DNA from: Polyangia bacterium
Lineage (GTDB): Bacteria > Myxococcota_A > Polyangia > Fen-1088
Direction of reading: 5' to 3'
NCBI GenBank assembly: GCA_035549075.1
Contig: DASZRT010000069.1
Location: forward strand, 678 to 64,677
Length of the DNA: 64,000 bases
Every line of letters starts with the position of its first letter. The first letter of the stretch is position 1. A program made the position numbers and the translations under genes. Positions 51,542 to 61,600 of the stretch are shown piece by piece. The notes under the pieces are model-generated. The model worked only from the letters and a program-made list of their open reading frames with translations. It was not told the DNA's origin and did no database searches.

Positions 51542-52798
51542 ATGGACGCACCCGCCGCACCACCCGCTTTCACGTCGTATCAGAAGACGGTCGTCGCGAT
51601 CCTCGGGTTCCTGCAGTTCACGATCGTCCTCGACTTCATGATCATCTCGCCGCTCGGGGCGTTCCTGCTGCGCGACCTGCACATCCAGACGTCGGCGTTC
51701 GGCCTCGTCGTGTCGGCGTACGCCTTCAGCGCCGCGATCTCGGGCGTGCTGTCGGCGGGCTTCGCCGACCGCTTCGACCGCAAGAAGATGCTGCTCACCT
51801 TCTACGTGGGCTTCATGGTCGGCACGCTGCTGTGCGGGATCGCGCCCACCTACAAGTTCTTGCTCATGGCCCGCATCGTCACGGGCGTGTTCGGTGGCGT
51901 CATCGGCTCGATCAGCATGGCGATCATCGCCGACCTGTTCCCGTTCCAGATGCGCGGGCGGGTCATGGGCGTCATCCAGACGTCATTCGCCGCCAGCCAG
52001 GTGCTGGGCCTGCCCATCGGTTTTTACCTCGCGAACCACCTCGGCTGGCACGCGCCGTTCCTCATGCTCGTCGGGCTCACGGCCGTGGGGGGCGTCTTCG
52101 TCGTCGCGAAGCTGCAGCCCATCACGGGGCACCTCGCGCTGCAACGCGAGGGCAACCCGTTCATTCACCTGCTCCGCACGATCGCCGTCGACAACTACGC
52201 GAAGGCGTTTCTCACGACGGCGCTGCTCGCGACGGGCGGCTTCATGCTCATGCCGTTCGGCAGCACGTTCACGATCAACAACATCGGCATCTCGGGCGAC
52301 TCGATGTCGATCATCTACCTGTGCACGGGCCTGGTGACGCTCGTCGCCGGCCCGCTGCTCGGGCGCCTCAGCGATCGCTGGGGCAAGTACCGGCTGTTCG
52401 TCGCGGGGTCGTTCGTCACGGCCATCACCGTCGTCATCTACACGCACTTCGGGCACGTGCCGCTGGGCGTGGTGATCCTCACGAACTCGATCCTCTTCGT
52501 GGGCATCACGTCGCGCATGATCACGGCGTCGGCGCTCATGTCGGCCGTGCCCGAGCCCTCGCGCCGCGGCGCCTTCATGTCGGTGATGTCGTCGGTGCAG
52601 CAGGCTTCGGGCGGCCTCGGCGCCTACATCGCGGGTTTCATCGTCGTGCAGACGCCGAGCGGCGCGCTCGCCCACTACGATCGTCTCGGCTACGTCGTCT
52701 GCGCCGCGATGCTCATCGTCGTCGTCATGCTCAAGTCGATCGATCGCCTCGTCGCCGCGAGCCAGGCGGCCGCGGCGGCCCCGAGCCGCGCCGCCTAG
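51542..52798 (+). CDS. MFS transporter
   Basis: 12 predicted TMs. MFS motif A-like GFADRFDRKKMLL. 418 aa. Confidence 0.8.
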   Translation: MDAPAAPPAFTSYQKTVVAILGFLQFTIVLDFMIISPLGAFLLRDLHIQTSAFGLVVSAYAFSAAISGVLSAGFADRFDRKKMLLTFYVGFMVGTLLCGIAPTYKFLLMARIVTGVFGGVIGSISMAIIADLFPFQMRGRVMGVIQTSFAASQVLGLPIGFYLANHLGWHAPFLMLVGLTAVGGVFVVAKLQPITGHLALQREGNPFIHLLRTIAVDNYAKAFLTTALLATGGFMLMPFGSTFTINNIGISGDSMSIIYLCTGLVTLVAGPLLGRLSDRWGKYRLFVAGSFVTAITVVIYTHFGHVPLGVVILTNSILFVGITSRMITASALMSAVPEPSRRGAFMSVMSSVQQASGGLGAYIAGFIVVQTPSGALAHYDRLGYVVCAAMLIVVVMLKSIDRLVAASQAAAAAPSRAA

Positions 52799-52835
52799 GG
52801 TCGCGCGGCCTGAGGTTTCCTGGTACAAGCGGCGC

Positions 52836-53483
52836 ATGGTCGCGCCGCCGTCGCGAGGGGCCGCCGTCGCCAAGGTCGCGGCGGTCGTGGTGGTCGTCGC
52901 TGCCGTCTTGGTCTTCGCCGTCCTGCGCACGGCGAAGAGCTCTCGCTCCGAGCCGTACACGCTGCCGCCCGAGGCGATCCGCAGCTGGACCGTGTCGGTC
53001 GAGATGGGCTCGGCGCCCGACGATCCCGCGCTCGTGCTGCGGCCGCCGACGGCGCTGACGTCGGCGCTGTTCGAGCAGACCTTCCGGCGCTCGATGGAGT
53101 CGATGCGCGCGCCCGAGACGCTGGGGATCCCGCTCGTCTATCAAGGCGAGCTCGAGCGCGCGGCCGAGCACGTCTCGCCCGACGAGCTGCTCAAGATCGC
53201 CCGCCGCGCGGGCCTCGAGATGACGCCGCCTGCGGCGCGCTGCCTCGGGCACCGCCGCCGCCCCGAGCCCGACGCGCGCCAGCAGGTCTACTTCGCGATC
53301 TTCGACAGCGCGCCGTTCAAGACCTTCCGCGACGCGCTCGCCGCGCGCCTGGGCGCCAACTTCGATCCCGCGTTCGCGTCACCCGCGATGCTGGTCGGCA
53401 CCGTCGAGTCGGGCCCCAGCGTCTGGCTGCCCCTGCACGCCGACGCCGACCACGACTGCGTCGCGCCCATCCAGGCGCAGTAG
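52836..53483 (+). CDS. hypothetical protein with N-terminal TM anchor
   Basis: TM VAAVVVVVAAVLVFAVL then a soluble domain. No recognisable motifs. Confidence 0.35.
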   Translation: MVAPPSRGAAVAKVAAVVVVVAAVLVFAVLRTAKSSRSEPYTLPPEAIRSWTVSVEMGSAPDDPALVLRPPTALTSALFEQTFRRSMESMRAPETLGIPLVYQGELERAAEHVSPDELLKIARRAGLEMTPPAARCLGHRRRPEPDARQQVYFAIFDSAPFKTFRDALAARLGANFDPAFASPAMLVGTVESGPSVWLPLHADADHDCVAPIQAQ

Positions 53484-53487
53484 CCGC

Positions 53488-54894
53488 TCAGAAGTAGTAA
53501 GCGAGCATGAATTGCTCGCGAGCGTTCGTCGCGCGCGCGCCGTCGAGGAACGACTGCCGCGTCCACTGGTGCGAGCCGGCGATCTGTAGCCCGCGCCAAA
53601 TCGCGACCACGAGGTTCGCGTCGGCGTAGAAGCTGTCGGTCCACACGCCGGCGTAGCCCTCGGGCGGCGTCACGAGGCGCGCGTTGTTCGAGGTCGTGCC
53701 CGACAGCGTCCCCGAGATCCACAAGCGGTGCCCGCGCGTGATCGGCGGGTGGTACCGCAGGTTGAGCATCCAGGCGGCCCAGTTGATCGTGTGAGCGTCG
53801 CCGATCGCGTCGTACGACAAGAGGCGTGGCGGGATGTCGGTCGTGAAGGTCGGCAACGCCGTCGCTGAAGGATTGGGCAGAGCTGGATAGAGCACGCCGC
53901 CCGTGAGCTGCGGGTACAGATCGGCGATGCCGCTGCCGGCCGACGCCTCGACGGCGAGCGAGAGTGCGTTCGAGAGGTCGTCACCGTGCGCGGGATAGAT
54001 GGGGACGAAGAAGTCGAGCGCCAGTCCGCCGGCGTCGACGGACGTTCGGGGTTCGGGTTGTGCCGCGAAGGGTGGGACTTGCAGGATGCGGCCGATCGTC
54101 GAGATGCCGACTTGCAGCGGCCGCGCCTCGGGTGGTCCCGCGCCTTGCGTGGCGGCGCCGCGCCAGTGATTCACGGCGAGACGCAGACCGATCTCACCGT
54201 CTGCCGTGTTCGTCGACGACTGAACCTGCGAGACGCTGGCGATGGCGATCTCGAAGTCGACGGGGTCGAACCGGAAGACGTGCGAGATGCGGACTTGGCC
54301 GCGTTGCCGGTAGATCTCGCCCGGCACGCCGAGCGTCGCGACCGTCGTCGGAAAGAAGCCGTGGCCGCCCCAGCCGAAAAGATCGTGGGTGCGGCCGACG
54401 AGCACGTCGAGGACCGGCGTCTCGATCGCCGCGTAGGCATGGCGCGCCCAGAGGCCGTGCCAGCCCGTTGGCGCGTCGGGATCGGGTGATTCGGCGCCGA
54501 CCTCCAAGAGGGCGTGCGCCCGAACCGACGACGTCTCGGGCGCGACGAGCTTCAACCCATAAAGCGAGTTGCGCGCCGTGAAGCGCGTCTGCGAGGTGTC
54601 GCCAAACGCCGTGCCGGATCGGTCGAGGCTCGCGTTGTTGGCGAAGTCGCCGAAGCTCTGCGTCGAATCGCTGCGGAGATCGAGGCGCTCGACGCCGTAG
54701 ACCGAGAGCGCGAGGCCGCCACGGTGAAGCGTGGGCGACGGCTCGAACGACGGCGGCGCGTGCTGGAAGTCGACCTTCGACTGCGGATCGGCGGGCCAGA
54801 GTACGGGCGTTGGCGCAGGCGGTGGTGCCGCGGTCTGCGCGTGCGCCGCCGACCCAACCCCGACGAGCGCCGCCGCGAGCGCGAGCCGCTTCAC
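53488..54894 (-). CDS. outer membrane beta-barrel porin-like protein
   Basis: GTG start with signal peptide MKRLALAAALVGVGSAAHAQ. C-terminal ...LAYYF (terminal Phe typical of OMPs). Alternating hydrophobic strands. GTGA overlap with the ferredoxin gene's stop. Confidence 0.55.
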   Translation of the reverse strand: MKRLALAAALVGVGSAAHAQTAAPPPAPTPVLWPADPQSKVDFQHAPPSFEPSPTLHRGGLALSVYGVERLDLRSDSTQSFGDFANNASLDRSGTAFGDTSQTRFTARNSLYGLKLVAPETSSVRAHALLEVGAESPDPDAPTGWHGLWARHAYAAIETPVLDVLVGRTHDLFGWGGHGFFPTTVATLGVPGEIYRQRGQVRISHVFRFDPVDFEIAIASVSQVQSSTNTADGEIGLRLAVNHWRGAATQGAGPPEARPLQVGISTIGRILQVPPFAAQPEPRTSVDAGGLALDFFVPIYPAHGDDLSNALSLAVEASAGSGIADLYPQLTGGVLYPALPNPSATALPTFTTDIPPRLLSYDAIGDAHTINWAAWMLNLRYHPPITRGHRLWISGTLSGTTSNNARLVTPPEGYAGVWTDSFYADANLVVAIWRGLQIAGSHQWTRQSFLDGARATNAREQFMLAYYF

Positions 54895-55181
54895 TTGGGC
54901 GGCACTTCGACGACGACGTCACCGCCCGTGACGCGCGTCTGACAGGCGAGGCGCTGCTTCGTGATGAAATAGACGTTGCCGAGGTGCTTCTTCTCGGCGG
55001 CATTCATGGGCGAAAGGTAGGCCTCGCCGTCGACGATCTTCAAGCGACAAAGGCCACACGTGGCCTTGCCCACGCACGCCGTCGCGATGTCGACGCCCGC
55101 GCCGCGACCGACATTGAAGACGGAGTCGCCATCGGCGCACGCGACGCGCACGCCCGACGGCTGGAACGTCACGAACGGCAC
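54891..55181 (-). CDS. 2Fe-2S ferredoxin
   Basis: VPFVTFQPSGVRVACADGDSV...TACVGKATCGLCRLKIVDGE...LACQTRV shows the Cys-X-Cys-X2-Cys...Cys pattern of a [2Fe-2S] ferredoxin. GTG start about 55181. The upstream in-frame extension of the track ORF is Arg-rich shadow sequence. Confidence 0.6.
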   Translation of the reverse strand: MPFVTFQPSGVRVACADGDSVFNVGRGAGVDIATACVGKATCGLCRLKIVDGEAYLSPMNAAEKKHLGNVYFITKQRLACQTRVTGGDVVVEVPPK

Positions 55182-55186
55182 GGTGG

Positions 55187-55606
55187 CTACGCCTCGGCCG
55201 GCTCGGGCCAGTGCGACAGGCCCACGCGGTTGCCCTCGGGATCGCGCACGTAGAGCGTGAAGCTCGTGCGCGCCTCCACGACGGCGCCTGCGTCGGCGAG
55301 CCGGCGCTCCCACGTGGCGCGCGCGCCGCGCCCGATGCGGAGCGCGATCAAATGAAGGCCCGGCCGCGTCGCGCGCGCCGGATCCTCAGCCGCCGTCGGC
55401 TCGCCCGCGCCCACGCGCTCGAGCGCGACGAACGAATCGTCCGTCGGATCGTCTCCGCTGGCGAGCCACACCGAACGATCGACCGACGCGCCGTCGCCAA
55501 TGTCAGTTGAAGGCCAGCGCTTGAGCACGCGCAGCCCCAAGACCTCTCGATAGAACCGCTCCACGAGCGGCAGATCGCGCACCTGGATCGCCAGGTGGTG
55601 GAACAT
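55187..55606 (-). CDS. VOC/glyoxalase-family protein
   Basis: MFHHLAIQVRDLPLVERFYREVLGL...LHLIALRI...TSFTLYVRDPEGNRVGL is the glyoxalase/bleomycin-resistance fold pattern. Start at M14 of the track ORF. Confidence 0.55.
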   Translation of the reverse strand: MFHHLAIQVRDLPLVERFYREVLGLRVLKRWPSTDIGDGASVDRSVWLASGDDPTDDSFVALERVGAGEPTAAEDPARATRPGLHLIALRIGRGARATWERRLADAGAVVEARTSFTLYVRDPEGNRVGLSHWPEPAEA

Positions 55607-56073
55607 CACTTCTTCTGGCCGCCCAGCTTGAGGATCGTCTTCCACTCGGCGGCCGTCACCGGCTGCACCGACAGCCGGCTGCCCTTACGCAGCAGCACCA
55701 TGCCCTCGAGCGCCGGCGTCGCGCGCAGCTCGGCCAGCGTCACGGGCCGCGCGAACTTCGACTCGAATTTGACGTCGACGACGTACCAGCGCGGCTCGTC
55801 CTTCTTGCTGTCGGGATCGAAGTGGTCGGACTTCGCGTCGAACTGCGTCGCGTCCGGGTACGCCGCGCGCGCGATCGTCGCCGTGCCCACGGCGGCGGGC
55901 GGATCGGCGCTCGAGTGATAGAAGATGACGCCGTCGCCGATCGCCGCCTCGCGCAAGAGGTTGCGCGCTTGGTAGTTGCGCACGCCGTCCCACGACGTCG
56001 TCTGCTTGGGCGCCTTCGCGAGGTCGTCGATCGAGAACACGCTCGGTTCCGACTTCATCAACCAATAAGCCAT
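55606..56073 (-). CDS. EVE (PUA-like) domain protein
   Basis: MAYWLMKSEPSVFSIDDL...WDGVRNYQARNLLREAAIGDGVIFYHS...RWYVVDVKFESKF is the canonical EVE domain. Confidence 0.75.
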   Translation of the reverse strand: MAYWLMKSEPSVFSIDDLAKAPKQTTSWDGVRNYQARNLLREAAIGDGVIFYHSSADPPAAVGTATIARAAYPDATQFDAKSDHFDPDSKKDEPRWYVVDVKFESKFARPVTLAELRATPALEGMVLLRKGSRLSVQPVTAAEWKTILKLGGQKK

Positions 56074-56086
56074 CGTCGTCGCTCCG

Positions 56087-56782
56087 TCAGCCGAGGTCGA
56101 ACACCAGCACTTCGCCGCCGCGCCCGTCGATCGCGACGCTTGCTTCGTCGTCGAGCGCCGCGCCGTCGCCTTCGCTCAGCGTTTGTCCGTTGACGACCGC
56201 CGCGCCGCTCGCGACGTGCACGAACGCGTAACGCCCCTTCGCGATCGCGAGCGACGCTTTCTCGCCTTCCGCGAGCACGCCGATGTGGAGCGTGACGTCT
56301 TGGTGTAGCGACACCGAGCCCTCGCGCCCGTCGGGCGAGGCGACGAGCCGCAGCTTCCCGCGGCGCTCGCTCTCGGGGAACGCCTTCTGCTCGTAGCCGG
56401 GCGCGTGCCCGCGGCGATCCGGGATGATCCAGATTTGCAGGAAGTGCACGCCCTCGGTCTTCGAGGCGTTGAACTCGCTGTGGCGCACGCCCGTGCCCGC
56501 CGACATGCGCTGCACGTCGCCCGGTCGGATGACCGAGCCCGTGCCGAGGCTGTCCTTGTGCTCGAGCGCGCCTTCGAGCACGTAGCTGACGATCTCCATG
56601 TCGGCGTGGCCGTGCGTCGGGAAGCCGCCGCCCGGCGCGACGCGGTCGTCGTTGACGACGCGCAGCGCGCGGAACCCCATGCGCTTCGGGTCGTGGTACT
56701 CGCCGAACGAGAAGGTGTGGCGGCTGTCGAGCCAGCTCGTGCTCGAGCGACCGCGTTTCGCCGCTGGAATCAGGGTGAGCAT
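56087..56782 (-). CDS. pirin family protein (cupin)
   Basis: FPTHGHADMEIVSYVLEGALEHKDSLG...GDVQRMSAGTGVRHSEFN are the metal-binding His/Glu residues of pirin. Confidence 0.85.
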   Translation of the reverse strand: MLTLIPAAKRGRSSTSWLDSRHTFSFGEYHDPKRMGFRALRVVNDDRVAPGGGFPTHGHADMEIVSYVLEGALEHKDSLGTGSVIRPGDVQRMSAGTGVRHSEFNASKTEGVHFLQIWIIPDRRGHAPGYEQKAFPESERRGKLRLVASPDGREGSVSLHQDVTLHIGVLAEGEKASLAIAKGRYAFVHVASGAAVVNGQTLSEGDGAALDDEASVAIDGRGGEVLVFDLG

Positions 56783-56957
56783 GACGCCGACACCCTACGA
56801 GATCGCCGCGCGCGCGTCGAGCGACGGCTTTTCTCAGCGGCTCGGTTGACGGCCCGGGATCAGCGTTTAGAACTGTTCGGCAGTGTCCGTGAGGCATACC
56901 GCCCACGGGAAAAGGACCCGCCGGGAGCTGATGGCCTCGGCGAAAGGAGAATGAACG

Positions 56958-57464
56958 ATGCATCCAGCGATGGTGAATTGGTGGCGTGCGCGCCAAATGA
57001 GCGGCGGCGGCGGTGAAGCGAGCTGCGGGCCGCGTGGTTGGGGGCACGGACCCGGTCCGGGCCCGGGCGACGAGGGGGGCTTTCAGGGTGGTGGCGGCGG
57101 CGGTGACGACGGCTTCGGCGGCGGCGCCTTCGGCGTGCGGCGTCCGTTGCGGTTCCTCGCGTACAAGCTAGAGCTCGACGAGCGTCAGGTCGGCGAGCTC
57201 GCGCGTGTCTTGGACGAGCTCAAGACCGAGCGCGCCCAGGCCGCCGTCGACAGCCGGCGCTCGTTGACGGCGTTCGCGGACGCCATCGGCGGCGCGGCCT
57301 TCGACGAGGCCCGCGCCAAAGAGGCGGGCGGCCTGCGCGTCGCGACGGCCGAACGCTTGCGTGACGCCGTCACGAAGGCCCTCGGCCGCATCCACGCGCT
57401 GCTCGACGACGACCAGCGCGAGCGCCTCGCGTACCTGATCCGCACCGGTACGTTGGCGATCTGA
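56958..57464 (+). CDS. periplasmic Spy/CpxP-like (LTxxQ motif) stress protein with Gly-rich N-terminal region
   Basis: LELDERQVGELARVLDELKTERAQ and LLDDDQRERLAYLIR resemble LTxxQ repeats. Immediately upstream of htrA. Confidence 0.45.
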   Translation: MHPAMVNWWRARQMSGGGGEASCGPRGWGHGPGPGPGDEGGFQGGGGGGDDGFGGGAFGVRRPLRFLAYKLELDERQVGELARVLDELKTERAQAAVDSRRSLTAFADAIGGAAFDEARAKEAGGLRVATAERLRDAVTKALGRIHALLDDDQRERLAYLIRTGTLAI

Positions 57465-57522
57465 AAAATCGGCGGGGAGGGCCTTCGGGCTCTCCCCGCC
57501 TTTCGTTTCGAGAGGGAAGACC

Positions 57523-58539
57523 ATGATCAACGCGGCACGTGTGCCCATGGAAGATTCGCAGTTGCTCGACGCGTACTCGCAGACGGTGACGTCGGTCGCC
57601 GAGCAGGTGAGCGGCGCCGTCGTGAAGATCGAGGTGCGCGGCGCGCCGCTCGATCCGCGCGACCCGCGCGCCAAAGGTCAGCGGCGCAGCCCCGGCGGTC
57701 CGCCCGGACAAGAGCCCGGCGGCAGCGGCTCCGGCTTCGTCGTGACGCCCGACGGCTACGTCCTCACGAACAGCCACGTCGTCAGCGGCGCCAAGCGCAT
57801 CAGCGTCGTGTTCCAAGGCGGCGAGCGCGAGTCGGCGAGCCTCGTCGGCGACGACCCGGCAACCGACCTCGCCGTCGTGCGCGTCGACGGCTCGCACCTG
57901 CCGACGCTCTCGTTCGCGAGCTCGTCGGACCTGCGTGTCGGCCAGATCGCCATCGCCGTCGGCAACCCGTACGGCTTCGATTGCACCGTCACCGCCGGCG
58001 TCGTGAGCGCGCTCGGCCGTTCGTTGCGCACGCAATCTGGCCACCTCGTCGACGACGTCATTCAAACCGACGCCGCCCTCAACCCCGGCAACTCGGGCGG
58101 CCCGCTCGTCGACGCCCGCGGCCAGGTCATCGGCGTCAACACGGCGATGATCATGCCCGCGCAAGGCATCTGCTTCGCCATCGCCAGCAACACCGCGAGC
58201 TTCGTCATGAGCAAGCTCATCCACGAGGGCCGCATCCGCCGCGCCTACCTCGGCGTCGCCGGCCAGAACGTCCCGCTGCACCGGCGCGTCGTTCGTTTCC
58301 ACGGCCTGCCCAACGAGAGCGGCGTCTTCGTCGTCTCGACCGAGCCCGACAGCCCCGCCGCCCGCGCCGACCTCCGCGACGGCGACCTCATCGTCGCCTA
58401 CGGCGACAAGCCCGTCGCCGGCATTGACGATCTCCACAAGCTGCTCACCGAAGAGCAAGCCGGCGTCGGCTCGACGATGACCATCATCCGCAACCTCGAG
58501 AAGAAAACGCTGACCGTGGAACCGACGTTGCGTCGGTAA
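57523..58539 (+). CDS. HtrA/DegP-family trypsin-like serine protease with one PDZ domain
   Basis: GSGFVVTPDGYVLTNSHVV (His), DLAVVRV (Asp), GNSGGPLVD (Ser) and a C-terminal PDZ (GVFVVSTEPDSPAARADLRDGDLIVAYGDKPV). Confidence 0.85.
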   Translation: MINAARVPMEDSQLLDAYSQTVTSVAEQVSGAVVKIEVRGAPLDPRDPRAKGQRRSPGGPPGQEPGGSGSGFVVTPDGYVLTNSHVVSGAKRISVVFQGGERESASLVGDDPATDLAVVRVDGSHLPTLSFASSSDLRVGQIAIAVGNPYGFDCTVTAGVVSALGRSLRTQSGHLVDDVIQTDAALNPGNSGGPLVDARGQVIGVNTAMIMPAQGICFAIASNTASFVMSKLIHEGRIRRAYLGVAGQNVPLHRRVVRFHGLPNESGVFVVSTEPDSPAARADLRDGDLIVAYGDKPVAGIDDLHKLLTEEQAGVGSTMTIIRNLEKKTLTVEPTLRR

Positions 58540-58569
58540 GAGAAGGCGACCGCGAGACGCCGTCAACAC

Positions 58570-58608
58570 GGCCCCGGTGCGACGAACGGTCGCACCGGGG
58601 CCGTTTTT
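58570..58608 (+). terminator. rho-independent terminator downstream of htrA
   Basis: Perfect 14-bp stem GGCCCCGGTGCGAC / GTCGCACCGGGGCC with loop GAACG followed by GTTTTTC. Confidence 0.8.
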
Positions 58609-61600
58609 CAGCGTCGCCACGGCGACGGCCCTCGGCGCCGACGCGACGCCGTCGGCGACCTTGCCCGCGATCTCGTGGACCGCGGCGCCTCCCACCGGTC
58701 CGTCGCTCGCGACGCAGGGCTGGATCGGCGCGCCCGCGCACCAGGCCACGGTCACGGGCCTCGTTCCGATCACGGTGGCGGCCGGCACGACGCTGACAGC
58801 GGGGACGTTGACCTACTGGCCGATGGCTTCGCCCGATCAGGTGCACACGCTCTCGACGACCGTCACCGGCGGCCCAGGCGCGACGCTCGCGACGCTCGAC
58901 ACGACGACGCTGTCGAACGGCTCGTGGGTCATCCAGCTCGACGCGACCGACGACGGCGGCCACCAGCAGGTGAGCTCCGTCGCCGTCACCGTCAGCGGTG
59001 ACTACAAGCCCGGCCGCGTCGTCGTCGAGGTCACCGACCTGACCATCCCGGTCACGGGCATCCCCATCACGGTGGGTCGTCGCTACGACAGCCTCGAGAA
59101 AGACAACGTCGGCGACTTCGGCCACGGTTGGTCGCTGACCCTCGGCCACCCGAAGCTCGAGGTCGACCCCGCCCACAACGTGACGATCACGATGCCCGAC
59201 AACCGGCGCGTGACGTTCTACTTCCAAGCGTCGTCGGTGACCCCGAGCATCACGTTCGCGTGGCTCTACGGTCCGGGCTACGTCCCCGAGGCGGGCACGT
59301 TCGGGACGCTCACCGCAGATGGATGTCCGCTCATGGTCGTGTCGGGTGGGCAGCTCGTCTGCTCGAAGAAAGCTCGCTCGAGTACGCGCCGACGACCTAC
59401 ACGTACACCGATCCGTACGGCCGCGTGTTCACGATGGCAGCGACGGGCGAGCTCAAGTCGATCAAAGATCGCCAGCAAAACACGCTGACGTTCTCGCCTT
59501 CGGGCATCACGAGCAGCGCCGGTGTCAGCGTCACGTTCGAGCGCGACGGCAACGGCCGCATCACGAAGGTGACGAGCCCGCTCGTCGACGCGACCACGGG
59601 TTCCGTGGTCTACACCTACGAGTACGACGCCAACGGCGACCTCACCAAGGTCAACTTACCCGACGACGGCAACGGCCCCGGCCACATCGACTACGCGTAC
59701 GCCGATCATCGGTTGCTCACGACAAAGGACCCGAACGGCCATTTCGCACGAACGTCAACCTACGACGGCGACGGCCGCCTGCAGACCGACGCCGACGCCG
59801 TCGGCAACGCGACCTCGTACGCCTACGACCTGACGGCGCACACGACGACCATCACCAACCCAGACGACGGCGTCGTCACCCAGACGTTCGACGATCGCGG
59901 TCTGCTGACGAAAGAGGTCGATCCGCTCGGTCGTACGACCCAGCACACCTACGACGACAACCGGAACGAGCTCACCCGCACGAACGCCCTCAACGAGGTC
60001 ACCACGATGACCTACGACGGCAGCGGCAATCAAACATCGATCCAGAACGGTCGCGGTGAGACGACCCACATCACGTACAACTCGTTCTCCGAGCCGCTCA
60101 CGAGCACCGACCCGGCGGGCCACACGACGACGATCGGCTACGACTCGTCGGGCATCCCGACGAAGTTCAGCGATGAGGTTGGAACTCTCGCGACCTTCAC
60201 GTCGTCCGACCACGGGTTGCCGCTGACGGTGACCGACGTCGCCGGAAACACGGCGTACCTGACGTACGACGCGGTCGGCAATCTGACCGCGCGAACCGAC
60301 CGCCTCTCGCGCGTCACCAAGAGCAGCTACGACGGCACGGGCCGACTCTCGACGAGCACCGACGCACGCGGCGGCGTGACGAGCTACTTCTACTCGCTGC
60401 GCGGCCTTCGATCGCGAATGACAGACGCTTCAGGCCTCATCGGCCACCAGGCGTACGTCTACGGGTATGACCAGAACGGCAACCTGACGAGCGAGACGTC
60501 CGACGAGGGCCGTACGACGACATACGCTTTCGACGCGATCAACCACCTGACGCAGGTCCAGCACCCTGACCTCACGACGACCGGTTACACGCGTGACTTC
60601 CGCGGCAACCCGCTGACCACGACGGACGAGATCGGCCGGCTGACGACGTACGAGTACGACAAAGCCGGCCAGCTCACCAAGACGACGTTCCCCGACGGGA
60701 CGTTCACCACGCGCGCCTACGACGACCTCGGTCGCCCGCAGACCGCGACCGACGAGCGCGGCAACGCCACCACGTACGAGTACGAAACCGGCTGCGGCTG
60801 CGCCGAGCGGGTGACAAAGGTGACCGACCCGCTCGGCCACGCGACGACGACCACGTACGACGCCGTCGGTCGCCGCGCGACCGTCATCGACGCGAACGAC
60901 CACACGACCAGCTACGGTTACGATACCCGTGGTCATCTGACGACGACGACCTATGCCGACGCGACGAGCGAGAGCGACGGCTACGACACCCGCGGGCGCC
61001 GCACGAGCCACACCGATCAGATGGGTTCGGTCACCCAGTACGGTTACGACGCCGAAGGCCAGCTGACGTCGGTGACTGATGCCCTGAACCACGTCACGAG
61101 CTACACCTACGACGGCAACGGCAACCTAACGACTGTCACCGACGCCAACAGCCATACGACGAGCTACGGCTACGATGCACTGAACCGAAAATCGTCTCGT
61201 ACGCTGCCTCTCGGCATGACCGAGACATTCGCCTACAACATGTACGGCGACCAGACCGGTCATACGGACTTCAAGGGCAAGACGACCACGATGACCTACG
61301 ACGGTCTGAGCCGCTTGCTCACAAAGGTCCCAGACGCGGCTCTCAGCGAACCGACCATCACGTTCGGCTACAACCTGACCGGCACGCGCGCTTCGATGGC
61401 CGACGCCAGCGGCACGACGACCTACGCCTACGACCAGCGCGACCGCCTCAAGACCAAAGCGACGCCAGCCGGGACTTTGACGTACACTTACGACCCGGCG
61501 GGAAACGTGGCGTCGATCAAGTCGTCGAACGCGAACGGAACGGACGTGGCGTACAGCTGGGACGCCGCGAACGAGCTCGTCACCGTCACAGACAACCGGG

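Noticed and set aside
55190-55313. Longer N-terminal extension of the ferredoxin ORF (MGAPARRRRRRRGG...)
   Set aside because: Arg-rich shadow sequence. The canonical ferredoxin N-terminus (VPFVTFQPSG) begins at a GTG about 55181. The in-frame Val at 55190 is encoded by GTA, which is not a start codon.
58577-58640. Annotated start of the RHS ORF (MRRTVAPGPFF...)
   Set aside because: It lies inside the htrA rho-independent terminator hairpin and has no RBS. The real RHS start is downstream or missing (possible N-terminal truncation).
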